A stretch of DNA of 64,000 bases from Burkholderiaceae bacterium (GCA_040079635.1 JBEBJY010000003.1:34566-98565), one strand, 5' to 3'; numbered from the stretch's first letter, positions 30,030 through 39,997 are shown. Notes: a model not told the origin generated them from the letters alone. Numbers and translations: made by a program.

Positions 30030-30069
30030 ATAAGACCCCATAGTTTTTATGTTTCTTTGGAAAGTAGTT

Positions 30070-31728
30070 ATGTTAAAAAATAAAATAATTCCGTTTGCAC
30101 TGCTGGCCTTAAGTCAAAGTATTCTGGCCCAGCAGATTCCGGGCGCCGGTAGTCAGATGCAGCAGATTCCGCCAGCGCCCTTACCGCAAAAAATAGCGCC
30201 AAACGTGGATTTCAAGCCAATTGCGGTGCCTGCACCATCAGAGACTGACAATGTGAAAATCGTGGTCAGGAGCCTGAAAATTACAGGGTCTCAGGCGTAT
30301 TCTGAGGACGCTTTGCTCGCGGTCAGTATGTTCAAGCCTGGCAGTGAACTATCGCTCTCTGACTTGCGTGCAGTAGCAGCCAAAATTGCCGCTTTTTATC
30401 ACCAGAATGGTTATTTTTTGGCCCAAGCCTACCTGCCGGCACAAGATATCAAAAACGGCGAGGTCACCATCGCAATCATCGAGGGAAGATACGGCAAGAT
30501 CACCCTGAACAACCAGACAAATCTTTCCAATGATTTGGCAGGCAATCTACTTGACGGTTTGAACAAAGGAGACCTAGTCGCCAACGCGCCTCTGGAAAAT
30601 CGTCTACTTCTGCTTTCAGACATACCAGGTGTGACCGTCAAATCGACCTTAGTGCCCGGAACAGAACTGGGTACATCTGACCTGATCGTTGACGTCACGC
30701 CAGGGCGAAAAGTGACAGGGAGCATCGATGCCGACAACGCTGGCAACCGCTACACCGGTGAAAATCGCATCGGGGCGACCATCAACCTCAACAATCCAAC
30801 CGGCCATGGCGACGTCGCCACGCTGCGTGCATTGACTTCTGGCCCCGGGTTGAGCTACGCGCGCGCCTCCTACCAGATGCAATTCGGCAAAGCCACCGCA
30901 GGTGTTGCCTACAGCTACCTCGATTACACATTGGGCCGGGAGTTCGAGAGCCTGCAAGCCCATGGCACGGCCAAGACAGCGAGCATCTTCGGCAGCTACC
31001 CCCTCATCCGGTCGCGCAACAACAATCTTTACGCCGGACTTAACTACGATGCCAAGACGTTTCAAGACAAAGTCGATTCGACGGGAGCAGTCACTGACAA
31101 GCAAGCGGACGTATTGGCCGCCAGTTTATATGGTGACCACCGTGACAATTTCGGTGTGACTGCTTATTCCCTTACTGGAACGACTGGCAATATCGATCTG
31201 CAAACACCTTCTCAAAAGAACTTTGATGCAGCTACAGCACAAAGCAATGGCCGCTTCAACAAGTTGGGGTTCACTGCCACGCGGCTGCAAAACGTGACCG
31301 AAACCATCTCGTTTTATACCTCCATCAACGGCCAGGCAGCCTCTAAAAACTTGGATATGTCTGAAAAAATGCGTCTGGGTGGGATGTATGGCGTTCGGGC
31401 CTACCCTGAAGGCGAAGCTTATGGCGACGAAGGGTATGTTTTAAATCTGGAAGTACGCATGCAGTTGCCAAAGTTCTCCGAGCAAATGCCTGGACAGTTG
31501 CAATTGATCGCCTTCGTCGATAGCGGCACTGTGACCATCAACAAGAATCCATGGGCTGCTGGACCGAACCGCAGAACCCTGAGTGGTGCGGGGGTGGGTA
31601 TTAACTGGTCGGCAACCAACAACTTCATCTTGAAAGCGTATTACGCACGCAAGCTTGGTAGTGAGGCAGCCACATCCGCTCCGGATGCTTCAGGCCGCTT
31701 CTGGATCCAGGGTGTCAAATATTTTTAA
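30070..31728 (+). CDS. Two-partner secretion outer-membrane transporter TpsB (ShlB/FhaC/HecB family)
   Basis: About 552 aa with a signal peptide (...SILAQQ), a POTRA-like N-terminus and a beta-barrel ending in ...GVKYF. It lies directly upstream of a TPS-domain exoprotein. The ORF-track start is 30049. Confidence 0.85.
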   Translation: MLKNKIIPFALLALSQSILAQQIPGAGSQMQQIPPAPLPQKIAPNVDFKPIAVPAPSETDNVKIVVRSLKITGSQAYSEDALLAVSMFKPGSELSLSDLRAVAAKIAAFYHQNGYFLAQAYLPAQDIKNGEVTIAIIEGRYGKITLNNQTNLSNDLAGNLLDGLNKGDLVANAPLENRLLLLSDIPGVTVKSTLVPGTELGTSDLIVDVTPGRKVTGSIDADNAGNRYTGENRIGATINLNNPTGHGDVATLRALTSGPGLSYARASYQMQFGKATAGVAYSYLDYTLGREFESLQAHGTAKTASIFGSYPLIRSRNNNLYAGLNYDAKTFQDKVDSTGAVTDKQADVLAASLYGDHRDNFGVTAYSLTGTTGNIDLQTPSQKNFDAATAQSNGRFNKLGFTATRLQNVTETISFYTSINGQAASKNLDMSEKMRLGGMYGVRAYPEGEAYGDEGYVLNLEVRMQLPKFSEQMPGQLQLIAFVDSGTVTINKNPWAAGPNRRTLSGAGVGINWSATNNFILKAYYARKLGSEAATSAPDASGRFWIQGVKYF

Positions 31729-31804
31729 CCCTGTTGAGTTGACATAAATATCAGCACAAAAAATCAATACAAAAAAAATCTAAAGAAATGAATGGAGTGA
31801 CCCA

Positions 31805-34528
31805 ATGAACTGTATCTATCGATCAATCTGGAACGACACAACTGGCACTTTTGCAGCTGTTTCCGAAAACACCAAAAGCGCTGGTAAAAAAGTCTCTTCC
31901 TGCACAGGTGCTTTGTCTGCTGCTGCACATTTTCCAATGAAAGTCCTAGTTACTTCTTTGATGATGGCATGCGGTGCGACTGTCTACGCATTGCCTGCGG
32001 GCGGAGTTGTTACAGCCGGCAGCGCAAGCATTAACAACGGGGCAGGCAATACAACCATCACCCAGACAACGCAGAACACGGTTATAAACTGGCAAAGTTT
32101 CAATATCGGTCAAACTGAAGCGGTTCGGTTTGTACAACCAAACAGCAACTCGGTTGCGCTCAACCGGGTGGTGGGTTCAGATCCTTCAAGTATTTTGGGT
32201 AGTATGTCAGCCAACGGAAAAGTTTTTTTGGTGAACCCAAACGGCATCCTGTTCGGCAAAGGCGCACAGGTGAACGTTGGTGGGCTGGTAGCCTCCACCC
32301 TGAATATCGCCGACAGTGACTTCATGGCCGGCAACTACAAACTCTCTGGTGCAGGTGGCGGATCAATCCTCAACCAGGGATACATCAACGCCGACGGCGG
32401 CTATGTCGCCCTATTGGGTGCAAGCGTCAGCAACGAGGGCGTGATCTCGGCCAGACTCGGCAAGGTGGCACTCGCCGCTGGCAACGCCATCACCCTCGAC
32501 TTGGCCGGGGACGGCTTGCTCAATGTCAAGGTAAACGAGGGCGCGATGAACGCACTGGTTCAAAACGGTGGTTTGATCCAAGCCGACGGTGGCCAGGTGC
32601 TGTTGACAACTCAGGCCGCAGGAAGTCTGCTGCAAAGCGTGGTCAACAACACCGGCGTGATCCGGGCACAGACCATCGAGAACCACAACGGCACGATCAA
32701 GCTTCTGTCCGACATGCAAAGCGGCACTGTGAATATTGGTGGCACTTTGGATGCGTCCGGCACGGGCGCAGGGCAAACCGGCGGCAACGTCACGGCTACC
32801 GGCCAGCATGTGGGTCTGTTCGGCGGGCACATCAATGCCTCTGGGGACGCCGGCGGCGGGACGGTACTCGTCGGCGGTGGCTTCCAGGGCAACAACCCTG
32901 CCGTGCAAAACGCCTCCGCAACTTACATGAGCGCGGACTCCACGATTACGGCTGACGCCATCACCCATGGCAGCGGCGGCACCGTCGTGCTGTGGTCGAA
33001 CGACTCGACGCGCGCTTACGGCGGCATCACGGCGCGCGGCGGCGCGCAGGCTGGCGACGGTGGACTGATCGAAACCTCCGGCCACTGGCTGGACGTGGCT
33101 GGCATCAACGTCAATGCCGGCGCGTCGAACGGCAAGCGCGGCATGTGGCTGCTCGACCCGGCGGATGTGACGATTGCTCTCCTAGGGGATGGTGGCTCGA
33201 CGAACACCGGCGGCGTCTTCTCACCGAACCCTGGTGCGAACTCGTCCAATATAAGCGTCTCCGAACTCGTTACCGCTCTGATCGCCACCGACGTCACCAT
33301 TACCACGACAAACACTGGCACAAGCGGAAGCGGACTTGGCGATATCAACGTAAACGCGGCGATCACGTGGAACGGAGTCACGGGCACCAATGCGGCGACG
33401 ACGCTGACGTTGGTCGCGTCTCGGAACGTCAATATCAACCAGACAATCACCGCCACCCATGGAAACCTGGTGGTGTGTTGTGGACAAGATGTCAACGTGA
33501 ACGCAGCGATCTCGACGACCGATGGAAGCGTTTTATTGGCCGCTGGACGCAATGTAAATATGAATGGGGCCATGACAACGATCCGTGGAAACATTGCAAT
33601 GTGCGCCGGAAACGGTGTAAACGTGAGTGCGGCCATCTCACTGACCAATGGCAGCAGCATTCCCGCTGAGAGTCTCGCCAGCCTCGGCGTGCGACGCGGC
33701 CTGACATTGATGGCGGGTACTGCTGGTACTGGACCGGGGGTTGCCGGCGGTACCGTGGTCTTGACTTCAGCCCCTGGCGCCATTGCGGTCACTGGGGCCG
33801 ATGCGACCGACGCACCGGTCAACATTTTCTACAACCCGACCTCATACTCGGCGCCGACGGACTATTTGGCTACAGGCAAATTCACATTAGTCGCCACACC
33901 GCTGTTTCAACACATGTTGGTGTACCCCGAAGTGCAGAACCAGACCCAAGGCGGCTCCCCGACGGCAACCTTCACAGGATTGTTGAAGGCTGACCCTTCC
34001 GGCGTGACCCCTGCCGGCGTCACGCTGGGTGGTGCCGGTACTGGAAATTTCGATTCCTCGACCACCTTAGGGACGACGCCAGTCACATTTACCGGCTTTA
34101 CCCTTGCTGGGGCAAATGCTGCTAACTTTGCCCTCCCGGTTTCTTGCTGCGCGCCTAGGGTCTCGAAGACAACCGGGAATATCATCGCGACTCCAACTCC
34201 AACTCCAACTCCAACTCCAACACCAACACCAACTCCAGTCATTTCCCAGCCAAGTGCAACGCCGCCGAGCGAGACCTTGGTCGTCGTCCCAGTCTGGATT
34301 CCTGAAATCGTGCCACCAAAAATGCCACCCGAACTGACCATCGTGCCGTCCAGGACACCGCCCGAACTGCTGACCCTTGCACCTCCCACCCCCACTTCAG
34401 TACCAGTACCAGTACCCGTACCAACACCGATTGCTGTGCCGGCTCCTCCGCCTGCCGATATACCTGTGCAGCCGGCACCTAAAAATTACAAGACTCCTTC
34501 TCGGCCGCCTAAACAGGATCGCAACTGA
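31805..34528 (+). CDS. TpsA exoprotein with an extended signal peptide (ESPR), a TPS secretion domain, a beta-helix repeat body and a proline-rich C-terminal tail
   Basis: ESPR MNCIYRSIWNDTTGTFAAVSE. TPS domain NWQSFNIGQTEAVRFVQPN...NRVVG...GKVFLVNPNGILFG. Also ETSGHWLDVAG...WLLDPADVTI, and a (TP)8 / (VP)4 / PPxP tail. Confidence 0.85.
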   Translation: MNCIYRSIWNDTTGTFAAVSENTKSAGKKVSSCTGALSAAAHFPMKVLVTSLMMACGATVYALPAGGVVTAGSASINNGAGNTTITQTTQNTVINWQSFNIGQTEAVRFVQPNSNSVALNRVVGSDPSSILGSMSANGKVFLVNPNGILFGKGAQVNVGGLVASTLNIADSDFMAGNYKLSGAGGGSILNQGYINADGGYVALLGASVSNEGVISARLGKVALAAGNAITLDLAGDGLLNVKVNEGAMNALVQNGGLIQADGGQVLLTTQAAGSLLQSVVNNTGVIRAQTIENHNGTIKLLSDMQSGTVNIGGTLDASGTGAGQTGGNVTATGQHVGLFGGHINASGDAGGGTVLVGGGFQGNNPAVQNASATYMSADSTITADAITHGSGGTVVLWSNDSTRAYGGITARGGAQAGDGGLIETSGHWLDVAGINVNAGASNGKRGMWLLDPADVTIALLGDGGSTNTGGVFSPNPGANSSNISVSELVTALIATDVTITTTNTGTSGSGLGDINVNAAITWNGVTGTNAATTLTLVASRNVNINQTITATHGNLVVCCGQDVNVNAAISTTDGSVLLAAGRNVNMNGAMTTIRGNIAMCAGNGVNVSAAISLTNGSSIPAESLASLGVRRGLTLMAGTAGTGPGVAGGTVVLTSAPGAIAVTGADATDAPVNIFYNPTSYSAPTDYLATGKFTLVATPLFQHMLVYPEVQNQTQGGSPTATFTGLLKADPSGVTPAGVTLGGAGTGNFDSSTTLGTTPVTFTGFTLAGANAANFALPVSCCAPRVSKTTGNIIATPTPTPTPTPTPTPTPVISQPSATPPSETLVVVPVWIPEIVPPKMPPELTIVPSRTPPELLTLAPPTPTSVPVPVPVPTPIAVPAPPPADIPVQPAPKNYKTPSRPPKQDRN
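34190..34237 (+). repeat. Hexanucleotide tandem repeat (ACTCCA x5, ACACCA x2, ACTCCA x1) encoding (Thr-Pro)8 in tpsA
   Basis: Read directly from the sequence: eight in-frame 6-nt units. Confidence 0.9.
34400..34423 (+). repeat. Hexanucleotide tandem repeat (GTACCA/GTACCC x4) encoding (Val-Pro)4 in tpsA
   Basis: gtaccagtaccagtacccgtacca. Confidence 0.85.
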
Positions 34529-34596
34529 TATCCCGAAATTCAAAGATACCTACTTTGTTAAACGTAATAGGAGACATGCAATTAAACATTGAAGTC

Positions 34597-34609
34597 TATA
34601 TATATATAT
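34597..34609. repeat. (TA)n dinucleotide tract between tpsA and the downstream gene
   Basis: tatatatatatat. Confidence 0.85.
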
Positions 34610-34694
34610 CAATTTTGAGATCAGCGATTAAGCGACAGATTACGTGTTTTTTGTGAATCAACGCAGATTCAGTGTTTGGTATTAAAATCTGCCC

Positions 34695-35552
34695 ATGACC
34701 ACGATTAACTGCACCTCTTTGCTACGCTTTTGTTTAGGTTTGCTGATTGCCAGCTTAGCTGCCACGTCTTTTGCAACTAAAAAACCAGCTGCCGCTAAAA
34801 GCAAAGCGGCTACGGCAAAAGTGGTCAAGCAATCGATAGCAAAAGCAGCGAAGCCAGCAAAACCTTCGGTTGAAGATTGGGGGCCGGGTGCGATTCAAGG
34901 GTCGCATGTCAAGCGGGCGAATTTGAAGTTGGAAGCAGCGTCGCCTGAAGCGCGCCAAATGGCGGATTGGGTGGTCGATTCGGGTGACAACAGAAATATG
35001 CCTTTTGTCATTCTTGATAAAAAAGATGCTAGGGTCTATGTTTTCCACCCACATGGCGGTCTGCGTGGTGCTGCTCCTGTACTTTTAGGTATCACGGTGG
35101 GCGACGACTCCTTTCCTGGCGTGGGCAACAAGCCTTTGTCACAGGTGTTGCCAGAGGAAAAAACCACGCCAGCGGGACGTTATTTGGCGGCATCTGATAA
35201 AAATATCAAAGGTGCAGACATCGTTTGGATTGACTACGACAGTGCGGTTTCGTTTCACGCAGTTGTCAAAGGCAAACCTGAAGAGCGACGTGCTGAACGC
35301 TTGACCTCACCTTTGCCAAGCGAACGGCGTATTTCTTTCGGTTGCGTCAATGTGCCTGTGAATTTCTTCAAGACGGCGCTGCATGCCTCGTTCAAAAAAT
35401 CCGATGGCATGGTTTACGTCTTACCTGAAACGCGTTCAGTCAACCAAGTTTTTGCGTCTTTTTATGACGTCAATCAGAAAGAGAAGTTAGCAGCAGCTGC
35501 TCAAGATGACCCGATTGCACAGTTTGCCGCGCCGACAAAAATCTCGGAATAA
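34695..35552 (+). CDS. Secreted L,D-transpeptidase (YkuD)-like protein with a Lys/Ala-rich linker
   Basis: It has a signal peptide and a KKPAAAKSKAATAK linker. The FVILDKKDARVYVF...TPAGRY...SFHAV...ISFGCVNV pattern matches the YkuD His/Cys catalytic arrangement. Confidence 0.5.
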   Translation: MTTINCTSLLRFCLGLLIASLAATSFATKKPAAAKSKAATAKVVKQSIAKAAKPAKPSVEDWGPGAIQGSHVKRANLKLEAASPEARQMADWVVDSGDNRNMPFVILDKKDARVYVFHPHGGLRGAAPVLLGITVGDDSFPGVGNKPLSQVLPEEKTTPAGRYLAASDKNIKGADIVWIDYDSAVSFHAVVKGKPEERRAERLTSPLPSERRISFGCVNVPVNFFKTALHASFKKSDGMVYVLPETRSVNQVFASFYDVNQKEKLAAAAQDDPIAQFAAPTKISE

Positions 35553-35569
35553 CTCTGTAAAAATAGGCT

Positions 35570-36166
35570 TTAAACCAAGCCAAACGCGCCAAGTAACGCC
35601 CCTGCACCCAGCAGCCACAACAGGTGAATTTTAGTTTTCCACACCAAAAGCATACAAGTGACTGCTAGCAACCACAGCGGCCAGTCTTTGGCTGGCTGGC
35701 TGTGACCAGCAATCAACAACCAGCCTGTAGCTATCAACAAGGCAATCACGATAGGCGCCATGCCTTGCTTGAAAGCACGGACGATGCGCAACTCGCGGTT
35801 TTGGTGACCCCAGCGAGCCGCCATAAAAGTCAGCGTGGTGCTGGGCAACATGATGCCGAACATGGTGACGAACACGCCAAATAACGCATAAACCAAACCC
35901 ATCCAACCCGCCTGCAAACCGCCGCCCGCATTCAAACCTACATTCCAACCCATCAGCGCGACAAACAACACATTGGGCCCAGGTGCAGCTTGCGCCAGTG
36001 CAACGCTAGAGGTGAACTGCGCGTCCGTCAGCCAATGCTGCTCCGTCACCAGATAGCGGTGCATGTCTGGCGCAGTCGTGATCGCACCACCTACGGCCAG
36101 CAGTGACAATGCAGCGAAGTGAGTGAACAGGTTCAACCAGTCGGCAGCGGTTAAATTCAAAATCAT
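35570..36166 (-). CDS. chrA: Chromate transporter (CHR family) half-size subunit
   Basis: 198 aa hydrophobic protein with the AQAAPGPN motif. It is paired with the upstream half-size gene by an ATGA overlap. Confidence 0.8.
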   Translation of the reverse strand: MILNLTAADWLNLFTHFAALSLLAVGGAITTAPDMHRYLVTEQHWLTDAQFTSSVALAQAAPGPNVLFVALMGWNVGLNAGGGLQAGWMGLVYALFGVFVTMFGIMLPSTTLTFMAARWGHQNRELRIVRAFKQGMAPIVIALLIATGWLLIAGHSQPAKDWPLWLLAVTCMLLVWKTKIHLLWLLGAGALLGAFGLV

Positions 36167-36795
36167 GCTGCATCTCCCTTATTGGCTTGCTCAATCGCAC
36201 CAATTTGTCGATAAGCCCACAGCGTCGCCACCGCTCCCAAACCAAGCAACACCCAAACCAGCGGTATTCTGAATATCGCAATTGCTACAAATGTTATAGC
36301 TGCTAAGGCAATACATACGCTGGCTGACATCACATTTGCCTTCAGTGCAGAGACCAGTCGCAGCCCTACCGCCGCAATCAAGCCCGCAGACACAGCACCC
36401 ATACCTTTGAGCGCGCCCTGCGCCATCGGCAAATCAGCCACGCTGGCAAACAGGGCGGCAATGACCAAAACCACCAGCAGCGGAAAAGCCAAAATCCCCG
36501 CCAATGCCGCCAAGCCGCCGCGCAGCCCAAAATAACGATCACCAATCATCAGCGCCAGATTCACCACGTTGGGACCGGGCAAAATCTGCGCAACCGCCCA
36601 GTCTTCGATGAATTCTTCGTTGGTCAACCAGCGTTTTTCATCGACCAACACCCGCTGTACCACCGCCAAAACCCCACCAAAACCCTGCAAAGCGAGCCAA
36701 GTCATGGACCAGAACAGGTCAGCGCAGGAAGCTGGTTGGGGACGAATGACGGGTTGAGGGGTGATTGGGGAAGAAGTTTCAGAGACGTCAGGCAT
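36163..36795 (-). CDS. chrA: Chromate transporter (CHR family) half-size subunit
   Basis: 210 aa with FGGVLAV...E.RW.. and AQILPGPN motifs. Confidence 0.8.
   Translation of the reverse strand: MPDVSETSSPITPQPVIRPQPASCADLFWSMTWLALQGFGGVLAVVQRVLVDEKRWLTNEEFIEDWAVAQILPGPNVVNLALMIGDRYFGLRGGLAALAGILAFPLLVVLVIAALFASVADLPMAQGALKGMGAVSAGLIAAVGLRLVSALKANVMSASVCIALAAITFVAIAIFRIPLVWVLLGLGAVATLWAYRQIGAIEQANKGDAA
36282..36331 (+). repeat. Dispersed 50-bp element in frame inside chrA, in a transmembrane-like segment
   Basis: ttgctacaaatgttatagctgctaaggcaatacatacgctggctgacatc. About 27 of 31 core positions are identical to the consensus. Read on the minus strand as MSASVCIALAAITFVAIA. Confidence 0.7.
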
Positions 36796-36889
36796 GTCGC
36801 AATCTTAACCTTACAGAGTACGAAATTAGGACAAAACCGCGTAAAACCTTACACTAGGGAGTTACCCTCAGTCAGTTTACATATCCCCA

Positions 36890-39220
36890 ATGAACGCCTC
36901 AGTCGACGTATCTTTATTCGCACGCGCCGCCAAGCCGCTTTCCAGCTACAAAAAGTACTGGGCGGCCCGCTTTGGCATGGCCAAGTTTTTGCCGATGAGC
37001 CGTGCGGAAATGACCGCGTTAGGATGGGACAGCTGCGACATCATTTTGGTGACGGGCGACGCCTACGTCGACCACCCCAGCTTTGGCATGGCCGTGATCG
37101 GCAGGATGCTGGAAAACCAGGGTTTCCGTGTCGGAATCATCGCCCAACCCGACTGGCAAAGCGCCGAGCCTTTCAAGGCGCTGGGCAAACCCAATTTGTT
37201 CTTTGGCGTGACGGCAGGCAACATGGACTCCATGATCAACCGCTACACGGCGGACCGAAAAATCCGCAGCGACGACGCCTACACCCCCGGCGACATCGGC
37301 GGCAAGCGCCCCGACCGGGCAGCGATTGTCTACAGCCAGCGCTGCCGTGAAGCGTGGAACGACGTGCCGATTATTTTGGGCGGCATCGAAGGCTCGCTGC
37401 GTCGCATCGCGCATTACGATTACTGGAGCGACAAAGTGCGCCGCTCCGTGGTGGTGGACGCCAAATCTGACCTGCTGCTGTACGGCAATGCCGAACGGGC
37501 GATTGTCGAAATTGCTCACCGCCTGGCCGCCAAAGAGCCGATTACGTCGATCACCGACGTGCGCGGCACCGCGTTTGTGCAGCGCAGCAGTGTGGAAGGC
37601 TGGTTTGAGATCGACTCCACCAGCGTAGACGAAGTGGGTCGTGTGGATCAGTTGGTGAACCCCTACATGATGAGCGCCGACGTGGCACGTGAACAGGGCG
37701 GCACCTGCGTGCAAGACCCGGCTGCACCTGACGCGAAAATCGGCCTACTGGACGGAGCGATCAAACCACTCAAGTTCGTGGTCAATCCTAATTTGACCCA
37801 CAAAAACAACATGGTCAAAACGGCACGTGACAAAACCGTCATCCGCCTGCCCTCTTTTGAGAAAGTTAAATCTGACGCCGTGCTTTACGCCCACGCCAAC
37901 CGCGTGCTGCATCTGGAGACCAACCCCGGCAACGCCCGCGCGCTGGTGCAAGCCCACGGCGAAGGGACGACAGCGAAAGACGTGTGGATCAACCCGCCGC
38001 CAATCCCGCTGACCACGGCCGAGATGGATTTGGTGTTCGATCTGGGCTACGCACGCAGCCCGCACCCGAGCTACGCAGACGCCAATGGCAGCCATGACCA
38101 CAGCACCAAAATCCCCGCGTGGGAAATGATTCGTTTCAGTGTCAACATCATGCGCGGCTGCTTTGGCGGCTGCACGTTTTGCTCCATCACCGAGCATGAA
38201 GGCCGCATCATCCAAAGCCGCAGTGAAGACTCGGTCATCAAGGAAGTTGAGGCGATTCGCGACTCGGTCAAAGGCTTCACAGGCACGATCTCTGACCTAG
38301 GCGGCCCAACAGCCAATATGTACCGCATCGGCTGCAAAACCCCCGAGATTGAAGCCGCCTGCCGCAAACCGAGCTGCGTCTACCCCGGCATTTGCCCGAA
38401 CCTGAACACCAGCCACGCCCCGCTGATCAACATGTACCGCCGCGCCCGGGCGCTCAAAGGCGTGAAAAAGATCCTGATCAGCTCCGGCCTGCGCTACGAC
38501 CTGGCCGTGCAAAGCCCCGAATACGTCAAAGAACTGGTGACCCACCACGTCGGCGGCTACCTGAAAATCGCCCCCGAGCACACCGAGCAGGGCCCGCTCA
38601 CCAAGATGATGAAGCCAGGCATCGGCAGCTACGACAAGTTCAAAACCTTGTTTGAAAAGTACAGCGCCGAGGCGGGCAAAAAGCAGTACCTCATCCCCTA
38701 CTTCATCGCCGCCCACCCCGGCACGAGTGACGAGGACATGATGCATTTAGCCATTTGGTTAAAAAAGAACGGTTTCCGCGCCGACCAGGTGCAAACCTTC
38801 TATCCATCGCCCATGGCCACCGCCACAACGATGTACCACACCAACAAAAACCCCCTGCGCAAAATCACCCGCGACAGTGAAACGGTCGATATCGTGCGCG
38901 GCGACAAACGCCGCCGCCTGCACAAAGCCTTCCTCCGTTACCACGACGCCAACAATTGGCCGCTGTTACGCGAAGCCCTCAAAACCATGGGCCGCTCTGA
39001 TTTGATAGGCAACGGCAAACACCACCTCATCCCCACCTTCCAGCCGCTCAACAGCACCGGCTACACCAGCGCGCGTAAAAAGAATTCGACGTCTGATTCG
39101 GGAACGTCTGCTGCGCTGAATGTGCAGGCTAAGCCGGGTCGCATTTTGACCCAGCATACCGGCTTGCCGCCTCGGGATAATGGGTCTAAGGTGTTTAAGG
39201 CTGGGAAACCGAGAAAATAG
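36890..39220 (+). CDS. ygiQ: YgiQ-family radical SAM protein (UPF0313)
   Basis: 776 aa with [34 protein letters not shown] and a CFGGCTFC radical-SAM cluster motif, plus a basic C-terminal tail. Confidence 0.9.
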   Translation: MNASVDVSLFARAAKPLSSYKKYWAARFGMAKFLPMSRAEMTALGWDSCDIILVTGDAYVDHPSFGMAVIGRMLENQGFRVGIIAQPDWQSAEPFKALGKPNLFFGVTAGNMDSMINRYTADRKIRSDDAYTPGDIGGKRPDRAAIVYSQRCREAWNDVPIILGGIEGSLRRIAHYDYWSDKVRRSVVVDAKSDLLLYGNAERAIVEIAHRLAAKEPITSITDVRGTAFVQRSSVEGWFEIDSTSVDEVGRVDQLVNPYMMSADVAREQGGTCVQDPAAPDAKIGLLDGAIKPLKFVVNPNLTHKNNMVKTARDKTVIRLPSFEKVKSDAVLYAHANRVLHLETNPGNARALVQAHGEGTTAKDVWINPPPIPLTTAEMDLVFDLGYARSPHPSYADANGSHDHSTKIPAWEMIRFSVNIMRGCFGGCTFCSITEHEGRIIQSRSEDSVIKEVEAIRDSVKGFTGTISDLGGPTANMYRIGCKTPEIEAACRKPSCVYPGICPNLNTSHAPLINMYRRARALKGVKKILISSGLRYDLAVQSPEYVKELVTHHVGGYLKIAPEHTEQGPLTKMMKPGIGSYDKFKTLFEKYSAEAGKKQYLIPYFIAAHPGTSDEDMMHLAIWLKKNGFRADQVQTFYPSPMATATTMYHTNKNPLRKITRDSETVDIVRGDKRRRLHKAFLRYHDANNWPLLREALKTMGRSDLIGNGKHHLIPTFQPLNSTGYTSARKKNSTSDSGTSAALNVQAKPGRILTQHTGLPPRDNGSKVFKAGKPRK

Positions 39221-39258
39221 TGAAAATCGTGGCTTACCAAGCCCAAAATGATTTACTT

Positions 39259-39564
39259 ATGAATACTGATTTAAAGTTAGTGGTAGCGTTTATTTGTGAT
39301 GGAATAAAGATTAACTACTATCAACAAAGATCCAAAGATACTATATATCTTGAAAAAGAGTATCTATGTGCGGTTGACAATGATGGCAAAGAACTATGGA
39401 GCTACATACCGCCAAATGATGAATTTGATCAGCCAATATGGATGGGTGGAGCTGAAGCAACCTTAGATAATAAGTTCGTACACGTTGGGCAAAGCAATAA
39501 TCGCCAACTAAAAATAGATCCTCATACTGGACGCATTTTTTCAAATATATACCAGCATACTTAG
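39259..39564 (+). CDS. Hypothetical protein; visibly AT-rich orphan ORF
   Basis: The ORF-track entry 39220..39564 starts at a GTG overlapping the ygiQ stop. I chose the ATG at 39259 (MNTDLKLVV...). I recognise no motif. Confidence 0.35.
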   Translation: MNTDLKLVVAFICDGIKINYYQQRSKDTIYLEKEYLCAVDNDGKELWSYIPPNDEFDQPIWMGGAEATLDNKFVHVGQSNNRQLKIDPHTGRIFSNIYQHT

Positions 39565-39580
39565 ATGCAAGTAGCATACA

Positions 39581-39632
39581 ACTACAATCATAAAGCATAG
39601 CACCTTAGGCAATAAATACGCCGGCTACAGCC
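39581..39632 (+). repeat. Dispersed 50-bp element, intergenic; left bracket of the DUF167-higBA module
   Basis: actacaatcataaagcatagcaccttaggcaataaatacgccggctacagcc. Confidence 0.9.
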
Positions 39633-39659
39633 AAATTTACCCTCTAAATAGAGCACCCT

Positions 39660-39887
39660 TTGCCCACCATCCTACAAATCAAAGTCAAACCCAACGCTAT
39701 TCAAAGCAGCTTGACGCAGGCGGAGGATGGGACTTGGGTGGCGCAGATAAAATCGCCGCCTGTAGATGGCAAGGCTAACCTTGAATTAATTGACTTGGTA
39801 GCCGCACAGATGGGTTGTGCGAAGGCTGCGGTGAGCATAAAAACTGGATCTTCCGGGCGGGTGAAACTGGTAAGGGTTGAGGATTAA
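39660..39887 (+). CDS. DUF167 (YggU-like) family protein
   Basis: 75 aa. L.IKVKPNA.....SPPVDGKANLELIDLVA...G...V.I..G.SGR.K matches the YggU pattern. The start codon is TTG. Confidence 0.55.
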   Translation: MPTILQIKVKPNAIQSSLTQAEDGTWVAQIKSPPVDGKANLELIDLVAAQMGCAKAAVSIKTGSSGRVKLVRVED

Positions 39888-39997
39888 TACCCATATATAC
39901 TGTACGAATTATCAGTACAATTATTAGCACTCGCAATAAAAACTGAAATCATTGTATGAACAACCACCGCATAAAACCAAAATCAAATCGACAAAAT

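Noticed and set aside
31805-35552. Contact-dependent inhibition (CdiB/CdiA/CdiI) interpretation of the TPS locus.
   Set aside because: The TpsA is only 907 aa and has no VENN-type demarcation or toxin-like C-terminus. The downstream gene encodes a secreted 285-aa YkuD-like protein, not a small cytoplasmic immunity protein.
35570-36795. The split chrA as a pseudogene or frameshift.
   Set aside because: Paired half-size CHR genes with an ATGA overlap are a known natural arrangement, and both halves are intact.
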